This document shows positions 35,246-49,579 of a stretch of 64,000 bases of DNA, piece by piece. The translations under genes and the position numbers were made by a program. The stretch is from Octopus sinensis (lineage: Eukaryota). The notes beneath the pieces are model-generated. The model was not told the DNA's origin. It ran no database searches and saw only the letters and a program-made list of their open reading frames with translations. Where the stretch lies: positions 17,422,001 through 17,486,000 of the forward strand of contig NC_043001.1 of the NCBI RefSeq assembly GCF_006345805.1, given 5' to 3'. Each line of letters starts with the position of its first letter. Positions within the stretch are counted from its first letter, which is position 1.

Positions 35246-36391
35246 TATAAAATGAATGATCTAATGTGTGCATTAGACAAACATCTCCTACAGTATAATC
35301 GAAGTTCAATATTTTCGGATTTATCCGCTTCCAACCATAACCTTATAAATAACAATGTCTTAGTTTTTAAAGGTGAGGCTAATTCTAATGCTGGTATGAG
35401 ACTCCTAAGTTGTCTCCATAATAACCTTAAGATATCTCATATTAACGTTAAGATATCCCATGCAAGACTTGTTCGATATTCTTATTAGTTGTTGCGGCTT
35501 GGTGAGACTGTACCCCTAAAACTGTACCATTCTGCACAGTGGTACCATCGAAATTCTTATTCATTTTCATGTTGTAGGGGAAGACAATGTCACCATATCT
35601 CTCACCGTAGTCTCTTGTTTCATTCCGGACCAGTGTTTTTTAAACAATTTTGACTTGTACTTTTGCCGCACCTTCTGTTTTTGAAAATTTCGTATACTGT
35701 GCGATGCATTCTTCCTTTCTCAATAAAGGAGATTTCCTTTAAAGTGTCTTCCGATGTTGTCTATCAATCTTCCTTGGATAGACAAGGATATTCCACGCGG
35801 CATTGGCAAGGCTCGCGAAAAATACTTTCTTCCTCTCACACAACTGATAGATTGCAAAAGACCAGCGCCCATCAAGTAAATAAAGTATTTGCGAGCTTTA
35901 ATTTCTTCAGCAAAATGCTCCATATCGAGCACTTTTCTTCTTGGAAGGAACACTTGCAAGTGATGGCTCTTATTATTCTTCCTCTAGACTTACATTTCAC
36001 GAAGTACGTGCACGTGTACTGCCATTGCTATTGTCATTTTTGTCAAACGTGTTGTCTGTTATACTATCCCTTTTTTGTTGAAATGTCATTATTTTTTCCT
36101 TACTGTCTACCATTTGTTTTTATGTGTAGTAGCTGTTTTGCTTTGTTCAGTGTAATGTATTTTGAATCAGTTCTCGAAAAACAAGAAGATATTTTGACCT
36201 TAAAGTTTAGTAAAATAAAACGGAGATGTTTTACAAAAATAGACCCTATAGTCCAACCCCTATGGGCATTCTAAAGTGTTAAATAATGACCCCTGTTTGA
36301 AATGATATCCAAATGCAAAGTAATTTCTCCAGTTACACGATGTAAAACTTTATCACATCTCAACGATATCAGCAAATAAAAATATTCTTGA

Positions 36392-36590
<199 letters not shown>

Positions 36591-36763
36591 TTAAATGTCC
36601 TGATGAGGTACCATGCCCTGATGCAGTACCAGACAAAAGATGTTTTTTAGCTGAGGTGTAATTTTATAATTAAAACAAATTCAAAATTTAAATTTCGCAA
36701 CATAAGATATAACATGTTATCTGGTGTATGGCCGAATTCAAGTGGGTAGAAGACCTAAAACAA

Positions 36764-36804
<41 letters not shown>

Positions 36805-36916
36805 GTGTGTGTGTGTGTGTGTGTGTGTGTCTTTGGTTAGGCCTTTAATAGCCAGGGGTCAATTTCATTTCAAACGTAGAAAGAAATTCAAAGGAATTCA
36901 GCCTTCTCTTCCTCTT

Positions 36917-36954
<38 letters not shown>

Positions 36955-37169
36955 CTTTCCCACTTCCTCTCTCCCTTGCTCGGCACACGCGTCAAATTTA
37001 AGTATCTTAAATTTAATATTGTTGCTACTTCGGTGGACCAGTAGGCATGGGTATTGAGAAGTAGTAATACAACATATAGGTGGTGGTTTCAAATCTCTTC
37101 CAGAAATTACAAAAGATCTAGTACAAAAAAAAAACAAATTAGCATATTAATATTATTGATTATTATTAT

Positions 37170-37482
37170 TCATACCAATAAACTGTTGTTGGAAGAGAGA
37201 AATTTTGCCAAAAACCAAAGCAGAAAAGGAAAAGGACCAAAGAGAAACACATCTTGGACAAAACAATACCCCAAAATTATGAACGAAAACGGACAGAATC
37301 AACTTGATTATAAAAGAGCATTTGATATGGTGCGGCATTCCTGGATACTTGAGTATATTCAAAATAGCCGTTAACTTCAAATCATTCCTGAGAAATAGCA
37401 TAGACCACTGTAACACAGAACTCATGTAAATCAACGAGAAGCTTGGAGAAGTAAAGATAAAGAGACGAATATATCAAGAGAG
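37170..37482 (+). mobile_element. R4/Dong-like reverse transcriptase fragment
   Basis: DYKRAFDMVRHSWILE..IFKIA..FLRNS..LGEVKIKRRIYQ (RT motifs), frameshifted. Confidence 0.6.
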
Positions 37483-37649
37483 GCCGATAAAACAAGTACC
37501 AGTCAAATATTGGAGTCCATGTATTCGACTTCCCCCTCCCCTCAAAAGTCTGCTGGCCCTGTGTCAAAACTTGAAACCATTATTTTTAACCATTCTTGTC
37601 TCTATGAGCCGCGTCTTATAGAAGGTAAAAGTAGGATACTTATGTCTTT

Positions 37650-38056
37650 ATTGCCCACAGGGGACTAAACACAGAGGGGACAAACAAGGACAGACAAACG
37701 GATTAAGTCGATTACATTGATCCCAGTGCGTAACTGGTAATTATTTAATCGACCCCGAAAGGATGAAAGGTAAAGTCGGCCTCGGCGGAATTTTAACTCA
37801 GAACGCAACGGCAGACGAAATACCTATTTCTTTACTACCCAGAAGGGGCTAAACACAGAAGGGACAAACAAGGACAGACAAACGGATTAAGTCGATTATA
37901 TCGACCCCAGTGCGTAACTGGTACATATTTAATCGACCCCGAAAGGATGAAAGGCAAAGTCGGCCTCGGCGTAATTTGAACTCAGAACATAACGGCAGAC
38001 GAAATATCGCTAGGTATTTCGCCCTACGTGCTAACGTTTCTGCCAGCTTACCGCCT
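37650..38056 (-). mobile_element. SINE B tandem (2 units)
   Basis: Consensus match. Confidence 0.85.
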
Positions 38057-38085
38057 TTAGGTAAAAGTACGATATTAATTTGGAG

Positions 38086-38267
38086 AAAGCGTAGGCATGA
38101 CAGTATAGTTAAAAGCTTCGCGTTGCAACCGTGTGGCTTTGGGTTCAATTCCACTGCATGGCAGTTTGGTCAAGTGTCTTCTGTTATAACTGTGTACCAA
38201 CCAATTCCTTGTGTGTGAATTTGGAAGATGGTAGCTCGAAATGACAAAGCGGGCTTCCATCTTCCAA

Positions 38268-38317
<50 letters not shown>

Positions 38318-38550
38318 GTGCGTGTGTGTGTGTGTGTCTGTGTGTCTGTGTCTGTGTGTTTTGTGTTTGTCCTCTTCATCGCTTGACAACCGATGTTGGT
38401 TTATTTAGGTCCCTGTAAGCTAGCGGTTCAGCAAAAAAGACCGGCAGAATAGGTACCAGACTTCTAAATAAGTATTGTGATCCATTTGTCTATTAAAACT
38501 CTTTAAAGTAGTGCTCCAGCATGGTCGCTACCCCGTAACTAAAACAATTT
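38086..38550 (+). mobile_element. SINE A (diverged)
   Basis: Consensus match. Confidence 0.7.
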
Positions 38551-38569
38551 AAAGGAAAAAGATAAAAAC

Positions 38570-38740
38570 ATCATCGACTACCTTAAAATGAATACGTAAG
38601 GAAATATCAAAATCCCACCTAAACAGTAAAGATGTTATCACAGCTATCAATGGAGGAGGCATCATCAGGCGGAACACCCAAGCGCTACAGGATATTGATA
38701 AGACAACTAGGAAGCTACAGACGATATATGTTCTAAGATG
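38570..38740 (+). mobile_element. Continuation of R4/Dong-like LINE (post-RT region)
   Basis: IRKEISKSHLNSKDVITAIN..GII..QDIDKTTRKL resembles ILKSKLN..AIN..LDRKTRKL. Confidence 0.5.
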
Positions 38741-38742
38741 AT

Positions 38743-39330
38743 GGCGGCGAGCTGGCAGAATCGTTAGCACGCCGGGCGAAGTGCGTAGCCGTATTTCGTC
38801 TCCCGTTACGTTCTGAGTTCAAATTCCGCCGAGGTCGACTTTGCCTTTCATCCTTTCGGGGTCGATAAATTAAGTACCAGTTATACACTGGGGTCGATCT
38901 AATCGACTTAATCCGTTTGTCTGTCCTTGTTTGTCCTCTCTGTGTTTAGCCCCTTGTGGGTTTTAAAGAAATAGGTATTTCGTCTGCCGTTACGTTCTGA
39001 ATTCAAATTCCGCCGAGGTCGACTTTGCCTTTCATCCTTTCGGGGTCGATAAATTAAGTACCAGTTACGCACTGGGGTCGATATAATCGAGTTAATCCGT
39101 TTGTCTGTCCTTGTTTTTCCCCTCTGTGTTTAGCCCTTTGTGGGTAGTAAAGAAATAGGTATTTCGTCTGCCGTTCCGTTCTACGTTCAAATTCCGCCGA
39201 GGTCGACTTTACCTTTCATCCTTTCGGGGTCGATAAATTAAGTACCAATTACGCACTGTGATCGATGTAATCGACTTAATCCGTGTGTCTGTTCTTGTTT
39301 GTCCCCTCTGTGTTTAGCCCCTAGTAAAGA
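38743..39330 (+). mobile_element. SINE B tandem array (3 units)
   Basis: gaaataggtatttcgtc junctions at ~38970 and ~39155. Confidence 0.85.
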
Positions 39331-39489
39331 TATATGTTCCACAAGAAAGGTGATAATGTAAGAATGTTCATGAAACGGAGTGATAGCGGAGGGGACTTGA
39401 TAAGCGTAAGATTGTTGTGTATTAGACGAACACAGTAAATATACGTCAGAAAGTAGAAAAAACGTTGAGGGCTATGGAAAAATAAGAAG

Positions 39490-39900
39490 GGATCTTTTCG
39501 GTTTGAACGGCAGTTTTTTAAAATAATTGCCATGTAACTAAACACTTTTAAACTTCGTATACTGGTTGAATGTGTTTATAAAACATCTTTTTCTCTCAGC
39601 TTTATTGAGAAAATTCTATAGTTTATAAGATATTTGTTGGGTTTTTTTCTTCAATTTCTGCAATTTCAACCAATCAATGACGTCTATTGGGGTGAAAATG
39701 TTCTGTGCCGTATGAATATGTCCCTCGTTTAAGAAACAGATTGGGTTTATTTACATTTCTGAAGAAAAAAGATACCCTTCCCCCACCCCTAACCCTAAAA
39801 TAGATTGCAATGCAATAGATCGATACTGGGGTCATAATTATGGGTGACAATTTCATATGACACCGGTAGAAAAAAACTGCCGTTCAAACCGAAAAGATCC
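39490..39900. mobile_element. MITE with ~30-bp TIRs (ggatcttttcggtttgaacggcagtttttt) and 8-bp TSD ataagaag
   Basis: TSD at 39482-39489 and 39901-39908; internal ccctaaccctaa. Confidence 0.85.
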
Positions 39901-40329
39901 ATAAGAAGGAATAATAAATGCCGGAAAATAGAAAGAAAATGCCATGGTCAGAGGTAAAAATAATTGAATTCGAAAAATCAATGCGTGGAATATGCTTACA
40001 GAAATATTTGGATTAAACAAAAGGGAATTTGAAGAAAGTCATCCGAAGGCACTATTTTGGTTGCCCAAGAAAGGATACGCACAATCATAAAAGGATTTTA
40101 TATGGTTTCACTTGGTTGATTGTGTGACGAGGCCCCCTGCTTGTAATTGAACTAGATGTACGTCTGGCTATATAAAATAACTTGATTAATTAATCATGTA
40201 AAATTGTATACAAATTTAATGAAAAAATAGGTTTTAATTGTTATATATAATCACATTATTTCGACTATAGACCTATGTATTAAATACATTGTTATGTATT
40301 ATAAACTTATAAGGTTATGATTTATAATA

Positions 40330-40701
40330 TACTAGCATTATGACCCCGCAACGCCGGGTCATACTGCTAGTGCATGCATATACAGCTGCGTGCGTGCGCA
40401 CATACAAGCGAGTACTGTCCAAATCTCCGACCAATCACATACAGCTAGCTGGCATTCAATTGGCGTATCAAGTTTCGGGTATTTTGATTGGGTTTTGGAT
40501 AGAAAATTCACAAAAAAGGTCACTTCTATTGATTTTTTAATGGCTTTGCGGGGTGACTAGGGAAATGTAAAGATGTGCACGACCACCCTTGGACGGTTTT
40601 GAATGACCATAGAAAGTGCGAGCCCTCTAACGGAAAAATTGTGGATTTGTATAAAGGACACACACACAGACAGACATTTTGCCGTTTATATATATAGAGA
40701 T
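40330..40701 (+). mobile_element. Helentron/HINE-like element (subfamily 2)
   Basis: tactagcattatgacccc..; 3' cagacattttgccgtttatatatatagagat; body shared with 48633-48890. Confidence 0.55.
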
Positions 40702-40864
40702 ACTACGCTTAATTTGTGTTCATTAATTACAGTTATATTTATATATGTGACTTTGATATTAATAACTGGATATATTTCATAATAATATGATTATTATGAT
40801 TTTGTGAATACGCTAAAAGCTTTAGAATGTTGCTATTTAGATAATTTGGTGAATACTAGTTAAT

Positions 40865-41375
40865 GACTGTGGATACGCAATGGCCCAGTGGTTAGGGCAG
40901 CGGACTCGCGGTCGTAGGATGGCGGTTTCGATTCCCAGGCATTGTGAGTGTTTATTGAGCGAAAACACCTAAAGCTCCACGAGGCTCCAGCAGGGGGTGG
41001 TGGTGAACTGAACCCTGTTGTATTCTTTCACCACAACTTTCTCTCACTTTTTCATCCTGTTTCTGTTGTACCTGTATTTCGAAAGGCCAGCCTTGTCACA
41101 TTCTGTGTCATGCTGAATCTCCCCGAGAACTACGTTAAGGGAACACATGTTTGTGGAGTGCTCATTAACTTGCACTTTAATAAATTAGCTGTGACGTCAC
41201 TGGTGCCAAGCTGTATCGGCCCCTTTGCCTTTCCCTTGGATAACATCAATGGGTGGAGAGGGGAGACTGGTATGCGTGGACGTCTGCGGGTCTTCCATAA
41301 ACAACCTTGCCCAAACTTGTGCCTCGGAGGGTAACATTCTAGGTGCAATCTCATGGTCATTCATGACCGAAGGGG
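40865..41375 (+). mobile_element. SINE C head and body joined to family-D tail
   Basis: First ~320 nt match 18457; last ~180 nt match the reverse complement of 12690-12885. Confidence 0.75.
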
Positions 41376-41684
41376 GTCACAAGTTAATGACTGTAACCCA
41401 CATAGAATTAGAGTGCCAGAATTTAGAACAAAAACAATAAAAATGCTGGCCACTCGACATACACCAAATAAAAGCTAAGAATGATGTGTATAAATACGAA
41501 CTTACGACAAGTTTACGCATGCTTGAGGCATATTCGAATCCGAAAGAAAGCCATTTACTGTGTTTTGTCGTGGAGAATGGTGTAGCTAAATAATGTACAC
41601 ACACCAAGTCAGCTCAAAGCGCCCTCTAACCAGAAAAACGGACGCATGTATTTCGGAGTAGTTATCTCCTCTTCAGCATCGACA

Positions 41685-42625
41685 CGAGCTAGCAGAAACG
41701 TTAGCACGCCGGTCGAAATGCGTTGCCGTATTTCGTCTGGCGTTACGTTCTGAGTTCAGATTCCGCCGAGGTCGACTTTGCCTTTCATCCTTTCGGGATC
41801 GATAAATTAAGTACCAGTTACGCACTGGGGGGTCGATGTAATCGACTTAATCCATTTTCTGTCCTTGTTTGTCCTCTCTGTGTTTAGCCCTTGTGTGGTA
41901 AGAATGAAATAGGTATTTCGTCTGCCGCTATGTTCTGAGTTTAATTCCGACGAGGTCGGCTTTGCCTTTCATCCTTTCGGGATCGTAAATAAGTACCAGT
42001 TACGCACTGTGGGGTCGATGTAATCGACTTAATCCATTTGTCTGTCCTTGTTGTATCTCTGTGGTTAGCCCCTTGTGGGTGTAAAAAATAGGTATTTCGT
42101 GCCTATGTTCTGAGTTTAAATTCCGCCGAGGTCGGCTTTGCCTTCATCCTTTCGGATCGATAAATTATGTACAGTTACGCACTGGGGGGGTCGATGTAAT
42201 CGACTTAATCCATTGTCTGTCCTTGTTTGTCCTCTCTGTGGTTAGCCCCTTGTGGGAGTAAGAAATAGGTATTTCGTCTGCCGCTATGTTCTGAGTTTTA
42301 AATTCGCCGAGGTCGGCTTTGCCTTTCATTCATCCTTTCGGGATCGATAAATTAGTACCATTACGCATGGGGGGGTCGATGTAATCGACTAATCCATTGT
42401 CTGTCCTTGTTTGTCCCCTCTGGGTGTAGAAGTCCCCTTGTGGGTAGTAAAGAAAGGTATTCGTCTGCCGCTGTATGTTCTGAGTTTAATTCCGCCGATG
42501 TCGACTTTTCCTTTCATCCTTTCGGGATCGATAATTAAGTACCAGTTACGCACTGGGGGGTTCGATGTAAGCGATTAATCCATTTGTATGTCCTTTTTGT
42601 CCCTCTATGTTTAGAGCCCCTAAAG
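41685..42625 (+). mobile_element. SINE B tandem array (5 units, many small indels)
   Basis: Unit starts at ~41685, 41911, 42091, 42268, 42455. Confidence 0.85.
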
Positions 42626-42699
42626 AAATAAGAGATAGATACTTCTTATATACCCGTCATCATAATGTGACTGGTTGCACTAATCGGTGGCTCAGCATC

Positions 42700-42903
42700 T
42701 ATGTATGCATGCATGTATATATGTATGTTTGTATGTATGTATGTATGTATGTATGTATGTACGTATGTATGTGCATGTATGTATATGTATGTCGTATATA
42801 TATGTGTGTGTGTGTGTGTATGAGTGTGTATACTACATTTATTACATATAAATAGATACATGCACACACACACATATATAGCTATATGAGTTAACAAATA
42901 TAT

Positions 42904-42934
<31 letters not shown>

Positions 42935-43168
42935 CGTGTGTTGTGTGTATGTGTATATATGTATGTATTTATGTATATTTATGTGTATGTATATATATAT
43001 ATATTATATATATATATATATATTGTATGTATGTATATATATATATACATATATATACATATCATATATATACATATATATATATACATATATGTATATA
43101 TATATATACGTATATTGGTATCATGTATACGTATACCTATATATGTATACATATATATTTATTATATA

Positions 43169-43235
<67 letters not shown>

Positions 43236-43841
43236 AGGTAACTATGTATATATGTATATAAACATACATGTATAATTATATATGTATATATATATACATA
43301 TATATGCATATATAAATACGTATAGATAGTAGATAGATAATAGATAGATAGATTAGATAGATGATAGATAGAGATAGATAGATAGATAGATAGAAGATAG
43401 ATAGAGATAGAGAGATAGATAGATAGACAGATAGATAGACAGACAGACAGATAGATATTTCGCAACATGTTTTCTCCCGGCTTCCAAAACCAATGTACAA
43501 AAGATTTACGCTTCATAAAAGCCATTCGCTGTTCCTCCATAATCTAAAGTTTAAACAAACGAGTCTTTTCGTAAGGGGACGACGAAGCAAAATAAACAGT
43601 TGACTAGTACTGTGAACGGAAAGATCGAGGTCAATGAACTTTACGCTGAAGTATAGGGCTGAGAAAAAGTACTTCAAGAGAGCGTTCAGCATAGTAAATA
43701 CATATATTACAAAAGTCAGGCCCTACGGTATTCATAGCCACACCCACTTAGCCACTCCCACACACACACACACACATACACACGCGCATATACAATATAT
43801 GCACACGTACACAGCCACATATATAAACAACAAACAGGCAG

Positions 43842-43905
<64 letters not shown>

Positions 43906-44000
43906 ATATATATATGCACGCATAGAGACATATATGGATTGGTGGGTATGGCTACCAATCTACATGCATATATATGTTTGTGCGCGTATGCATATATATA

Positions 44001-44056
<56 letters not shown>

Positions 44057-45428
44057 TATATAGTGCATATACCACACACACAATATATATCATCTACAAC
44101 ATATATGTGTGTGGTATACATATTATGTGCGTGTATACATATGTGTATGTATATATGCGAGTGAGTGTATAAATATGTATATATATATATATATATACAT
44201 TATATCTTTTATCTTTTAGAAGATATATATCTAAAGATATATATATATATATACAAACACATATATATGTATGTATATATATATGTATGTATATAAATAT
44301 GTATATACATATAAATATACATATGTATATATATATATATATATAATATATATATATATGTACATATCAATATATAATATATATATATATATACATATAT
44401 ATGTATATATATATATATATTATATACATATATATATATAGATATATATATACATATATATACATATATATATAGATTATATACATATATATACAGATAT
44501 ATACATATATATATACATACATATATATATTTACATATATATATATACCCATATATATACATATATATACATATATATATACATATGTATATATACATAC
44601 AAATATATATATATATATACATACATATATATATGCGTGTGTATATATATGTATATAGACTACCATACATATACATATACATACATATACATACATATAT
44701 GTGTGTGTGTGTATGTGTCTGAGAGTGTGAGTGTATATACATATAATATACGTATGAATATATATACATTTAGATATATATATATACATACATATATGTA
44801 TATATATATGTGTGTGTGTATGGTATATATATGTATGTGTTTATTTGTGTATGCATGTATGTATTTGTGTGTGTTTGTTTTTAAGGCCCTGAATTCCCAT
44901 CATGGCTTATTGGTCGAATGCAGACATTCTTACCAACCGCCTCTCATGTCAAAAGCTGAGCCAACAATATGTCTTCAAAACACGAAAACTCCCATATGTC
45001 AACGAATTTTAAAGTACAGGAAACATGCAATGCGGAAAATGAACTTTTAACTAACAGTGTTAAAGTGGGAATTATTTAACTTCCTTCTTCAAGACGAAGA
45101 GGTTTTACGTGCTAACAAAACACAAGCCATGTCTGGCTAGGTTTAATAGATTTTAGACATTTTTCTATTACTACAAACGTATATACATACATGCATGCAT
45201 ACATACATACACACACACATACACACACATATATAAATACATATATATGTATGTGTATATATATATATATATATACATGTATGTATGATATACACTTTAT
45301 ATAGTTTATACTGTGCATGTATATATGTATATATATATATATATTGGCGTACATGCGTGTATGTACACACACACACACGTATATATATGTATATATATAT
45401 GTATATATGTGTATATACATATATATGT

Positions 45429-45517
<89 letters not shown>

Positions 45518-45680
45518 ATACATATGTATATATATATATATATGTATATATATAAATGTATATATATATGTATGTATGTATATACATACATACATACATA
45601 CATACATACATACACACATATACAGACATACGTATCTATACACACACACATGTCTGTAAGTATATACGTATATACTGTAT
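42700..45680. repeat. Complex (TA)/(TATG)/(GATA)/(CA) microsatellite zone with short unique islands
   Basis: Direct reading. Confidence 0.85.
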
Positions 45681-46192
45681 AAAAATCAGATTTATTACCT
45701 AACTGTTAGTACAGATAAAAACACACTGAAGCAAATTGCAAAAAAAAACCCGGTTAGCCGATTACATAAGCACGTTTTCATAAAGAATAAAAGTCCACAA
45801 GAAATTTATTTCTTTAACTTATACCAAAAACTATTCTCAAATGAAAAACATGAACGTTAAGTAACTTTAGTCTCTTCCTGTACAAATGTTCTGCCTTTTT
45901 ACCTCCCAAGTAGGAAATCTGTTTTTGTAATAGTCTTTGTAATACTTAAGTTAAGTTAAGTTAATTTTTGGGCTCAAAAAGCAAAAAGCAAGGCCATGTA
46001 GGGGGACATGGAGTTATGTACAGGGAGGGTGTTCATGCAAAGAGTTCAGGCCATTTCTGGTCAAGAGAGACTTTGAACCGAGCGGTCGTCGGCATATATC
46101 TTCAGATTGTTACGTCATTACTATTTTCTGAATATTCAAGAACTTTTATTTGTATTTAGAAATTAATTTCAATCATTATTTCAATAACACTT

Positions 46193-46580
46193 CTCCCTGG
46201 AGCGAAGGCGGGAGAGTTATGCAGTGATATACATCTGGAAGATCCTGGAGGGCCTTGTCCCAAATTTTGGCATTGAAAGTTACCCCAGCAGCAGAATGGG
46301 GCGCCACAGCATGGTGCCAAAGATCCCAACATCACCATCAAAATACAGGACCAGATACTGCAACAGCTTGGATTTCAGGGGACCACAGCTCTTCAATATC
46401 CTTCCTAAATGCCTGAGAGATCTGCATGGTGTGGATGTGGGTTTTTTAAAAACTAAACTCGATCTCGTCTTGTCAGGGGTTCCAGATGAACCTTACTCTC
46501 GGCAGGAAACAGATGCGGGCAGCGGCGTCGAACTCCCTTGTTGACCAAGTGCCACGTATCAGAGATGGACTCACATACTA
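46193..46580 (+). mobile_element. CR1-group LINE 3' fragment
   Basis: SLERRRESYAVIYIWKILEGLVPN..GPQLFNILP..LKTKLDLVLSGVPDEP. Confidence 0.7.
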
Positions 46581-46867
46581 GAGTAGCACAGTCAACGGCA
46601 GCTTTCGGGCTGAAACATTTTTAAGGATTTTAAGGAACTACTTATACATAAGTGTGGGATCAAAATTTACTTAGTGGGTACGAAACCAGGTTCAAAAGGT
46701 TTTCAACCTTAATATGGAAACAAACACAGGTATAATAATCTTTTTTAGTATAGGCACAAGACTTAGTCGATTACATCGACCCTAGTACTCAACTGGTACT
46801 TATTTTATCGATCGTGAAAGGATGAAAGCTCTTTAGCTGTTCATCTAAGAGAAAGTAACTCTATATA

Positions 46868-47290
46868 AGGCGACGAGCTGGCAGAAGTGTTAGCACAACG
46901 GTCGAAATGCTTAGCAGCATTTCGTCTGCCGCTACGTTCTGAGTTCAAATTCCGCCGAGGCCGACTTTGCCTTTCATCCTTTCAGGTCGATAAATTAAGT
47001 ACCAGTTAAGTATTACAAAGACTTAATCCCTTTGTCTGTCCTTGTTTGTCTCCTCTGTGTGTAGCCCCTTGTGGGCAGTAAAGAAATAAGAAACGTTAGT
47101 ACGCCGGGCGAAATGCTTAGCGGTGTTTCGTCTGTCTTTACGTTCTGAGTTCAAATTCTGCCGAGGTCGATTTTTCCTTTCATTCCTTCGGGGTCGATAA
47201 ATTAAGTACCATTTGCGTACTGGGGTCGATCTAATCGACTGGCCCCATCCCCAAAAATTTCGGGCCTTGTGCCTAGAGTAGAAAAAATGG
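46868..47290 (+). mobile_element. SINE B dimer (gaaataagaaacgttag junction type)
   Basis: Consensus match. Confidence 0.8.
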
Positions 47291-47656
47291 CTAAGGAAGT
47301 ACATTCCTACACGCAGTTACGTACGATTTATTCTTAACCAATATCCGGCATCCTCTGCTACTGCATGGGTGCAGCGAAAGCACTGACTTGTTTTTCTGTC
47401 ATGGCATATGAGTGGAGGGATAGGCTGTGTACTTATAAACTGCCCAGATACAATAAAGATGGTTAAGTTACTGTCTCTGAAATACCGTCCATAGCGACGG
47501 AAAATGTTATCTCAGAATTCCCGCTTTAAGATAAAGAAATACTTCTTAGTAGTGACTTAATCATAATCAAGTTCTCTGAAAAGACCACACACAAATTCGT
47601 AGAGCGTTCCGTATTTTTAAACAAGCAGGGGTACTTTTTGGTTATCGCACTCTCAT

Positions 47657-48110
47657 TAAAAAATCTCTCTATATATAAACGGCAAAATGTCTGTCTGTGT
47701 GTGCCTCACTGATTCAGTTGCAAAGTGTTGAGTAAAGTTATTTGATTGCAGATCTCCTTTCAGTCTTTTTATTATCATTCGGTCACACATTGTCCCCAGA
47801 TGGTAACATTGATTTCAAGGCCTTCCCAGATGAGTGACTGGTTATTCAAAGACATTTATAGACTGTATATTTATTCTGTCCAGTTACGTATCAGTATAGT
47901 GGTCATTTGAAAACTCCAACTTTCATTTCTTCATAGCCGTCACGTCAGTTGGGTCACGCCCTTCCAATTGCTATAGATTCGTAATGCATCTTACGGCTGT
48001 GCCTGTCACCTGCATGGCGAGGAATCCTACATTGGGAGTGGTAACGACTAGGGTACTACAGCTGACTGCTTATTGTGATCATTCGTCTTTTGGTTTCCTG
48101 TAGCTCCTAG
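47657..48110 (-). mobile_element. HINE-like 3' end plus ~410-bp internal segment shared with 55388-55800
   Basis: atctctctatatataaacggcaaaatgtctg terminus; cactgattcagttgca.. block repeated directly at 55390. Confidence 0.55.
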
Positions 48111-48620
48111 CTTGCTATGTAACACACAAACCATTATAACCTTCGAACAGGGGAGGTCAGCAGCTCCCCCTTGCTGGTCTGGCATCGACAGACTAGTTTC
48201 GAGCTGTTTGGCGATAACTATTAATATCCAGTAGCGCTGCCGTAGTCTCCTTTAAAAAGAATTATAAATAATGATATTTCTGTTTTTGAAAACCAGTGGA
48301 TGTATTCCACTGAATTTTAGGTAAATAATCCTTCGAACAGTCGGTCAGCAGCGACGCCTGCTGGATTCGGCTAATCTACATTGATAAGCGGCAAACACCT
48401 CAAAACTAGTCTGTAGATGCCAGACCAGCAAGGAGAAACTGCTGACCTCCCCTGCTCGAAGGTTATAATGGACACAGGTTTGTGTGACACATAGCTAGCT
48501 AGAGGCGATGGCCTCTTGGGGCTAATCAACGGCAGCTTTCGTTCTATATTTATGGACTGACATGTTAGCTTGGCGATAGTTATTAATATCCAGTACCGCT
48601 GCCGTAGTCTCCTTTAAAGA
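48100..48620. repeat. Inverted (48100-48215 / 48383-48505) plus direct (48210-48260 / 48572-48620) repeat structure with a decayed hammerhead
   Basis: Direct comparison; ctaca-ttgataa..aaaactagtc-tgtag at 48376-48416. Confidence 0.7.
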
Positions 48621-48632
48621 GACTTAGAAATA

Positions 48633-48890
48633 ACTAGCACTATGACCCGGGCATTTTGATTGGGTTTTGGATAGAAAATTCACAAAAAAGTCACTTCTAT
48701 TGATTTTTTTAATGGCTTTGCGGGGTGACTAGGAAAATGTAAAGATGTGCACGACCACCCTTGGACGGTTTTGAATGACCATAGAAAGTGCGAGCCCTCT
48801 AACTGAAAAATTGTGGATTTGTATAAAGGATACACACACGCAGAGACAGACAGACAGACATTTTGCAGTTTATATAATATATATAGAGAT
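48633..48890 (+). mobile_element. Helentron/HINE-like element (subfamily 2, short)
   Basis: Matches 40330-40701. Confidence 0.55.
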
Positions 48891-48899
48891 GATATTTCT

Positions 48900-48923
48900 A
48901 TTATATGTGCATATATATATAAA

Positions 48924-48954
<31 letters not shown>

Positions 48955-49014
48955 GAATTAGATATATATATACAGATATAATATATTAATATATATACAT
49001 ATATATATATATAT

Positions 49015-49069
<55 letters not shown>

Positions 49070-49100
49070 TATATATTACATATATATATATAAATGCATA

Positions 49101-49132
<32 letters not shown>

Positions 49133-49235
49133 CATATATATAAATATATACATATATATACATATTAATATATATATATATATAATATATTATATATTAC
49201 ATATATATACATATATATAATATATATATTATATT

Positions 49236-49286
<51 letters not shown>

Positions 49287-49287
49287 A
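48900..49287. repeat. (TA)n microsatellite
   Basis: Direct reading. Confidence 0.9.
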
Positions 49288-49489
49288 TAAGTAATACTAA
49301 GTAATTAAGGGTTTAGCAACGAATTGCCTCACCAACACACCGAATTTAGAAATAGCAGTCAAAGAGATATAGCTATTCCTTCTACTAAAGGGGGATCTCA
49401 GTAAAAACACAGCACCTGAAAGGCAAACACAGACAGGTAAGAAAGAAGAAGAATGAAATGACGGCAATCTATCATACAATTTTAAGTTA

Positions 49490-49579
49490 CCTACGGACGT
49501 ACGTTTCGAAATCAAGTTTTAGGAAAGCATAAGAATTAGAAAATTCTACCTTACCCAAACTTTTTCTCATCGGCGCAGG
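49490..49579 (-). ncRNA. Type I hammerhead motif (U4C core variant), left arm
   Basis: Reverse complement of 50198-50288 with small indels in stem II. Confidence 0.55.

Noticed and set aside
41685-42625. Apparent progressive divergence of SINE B array units
   Set aside because: Differences are mostly homopolymer indels, typical of poorly polished long-read consensus; not interpretable as biology.
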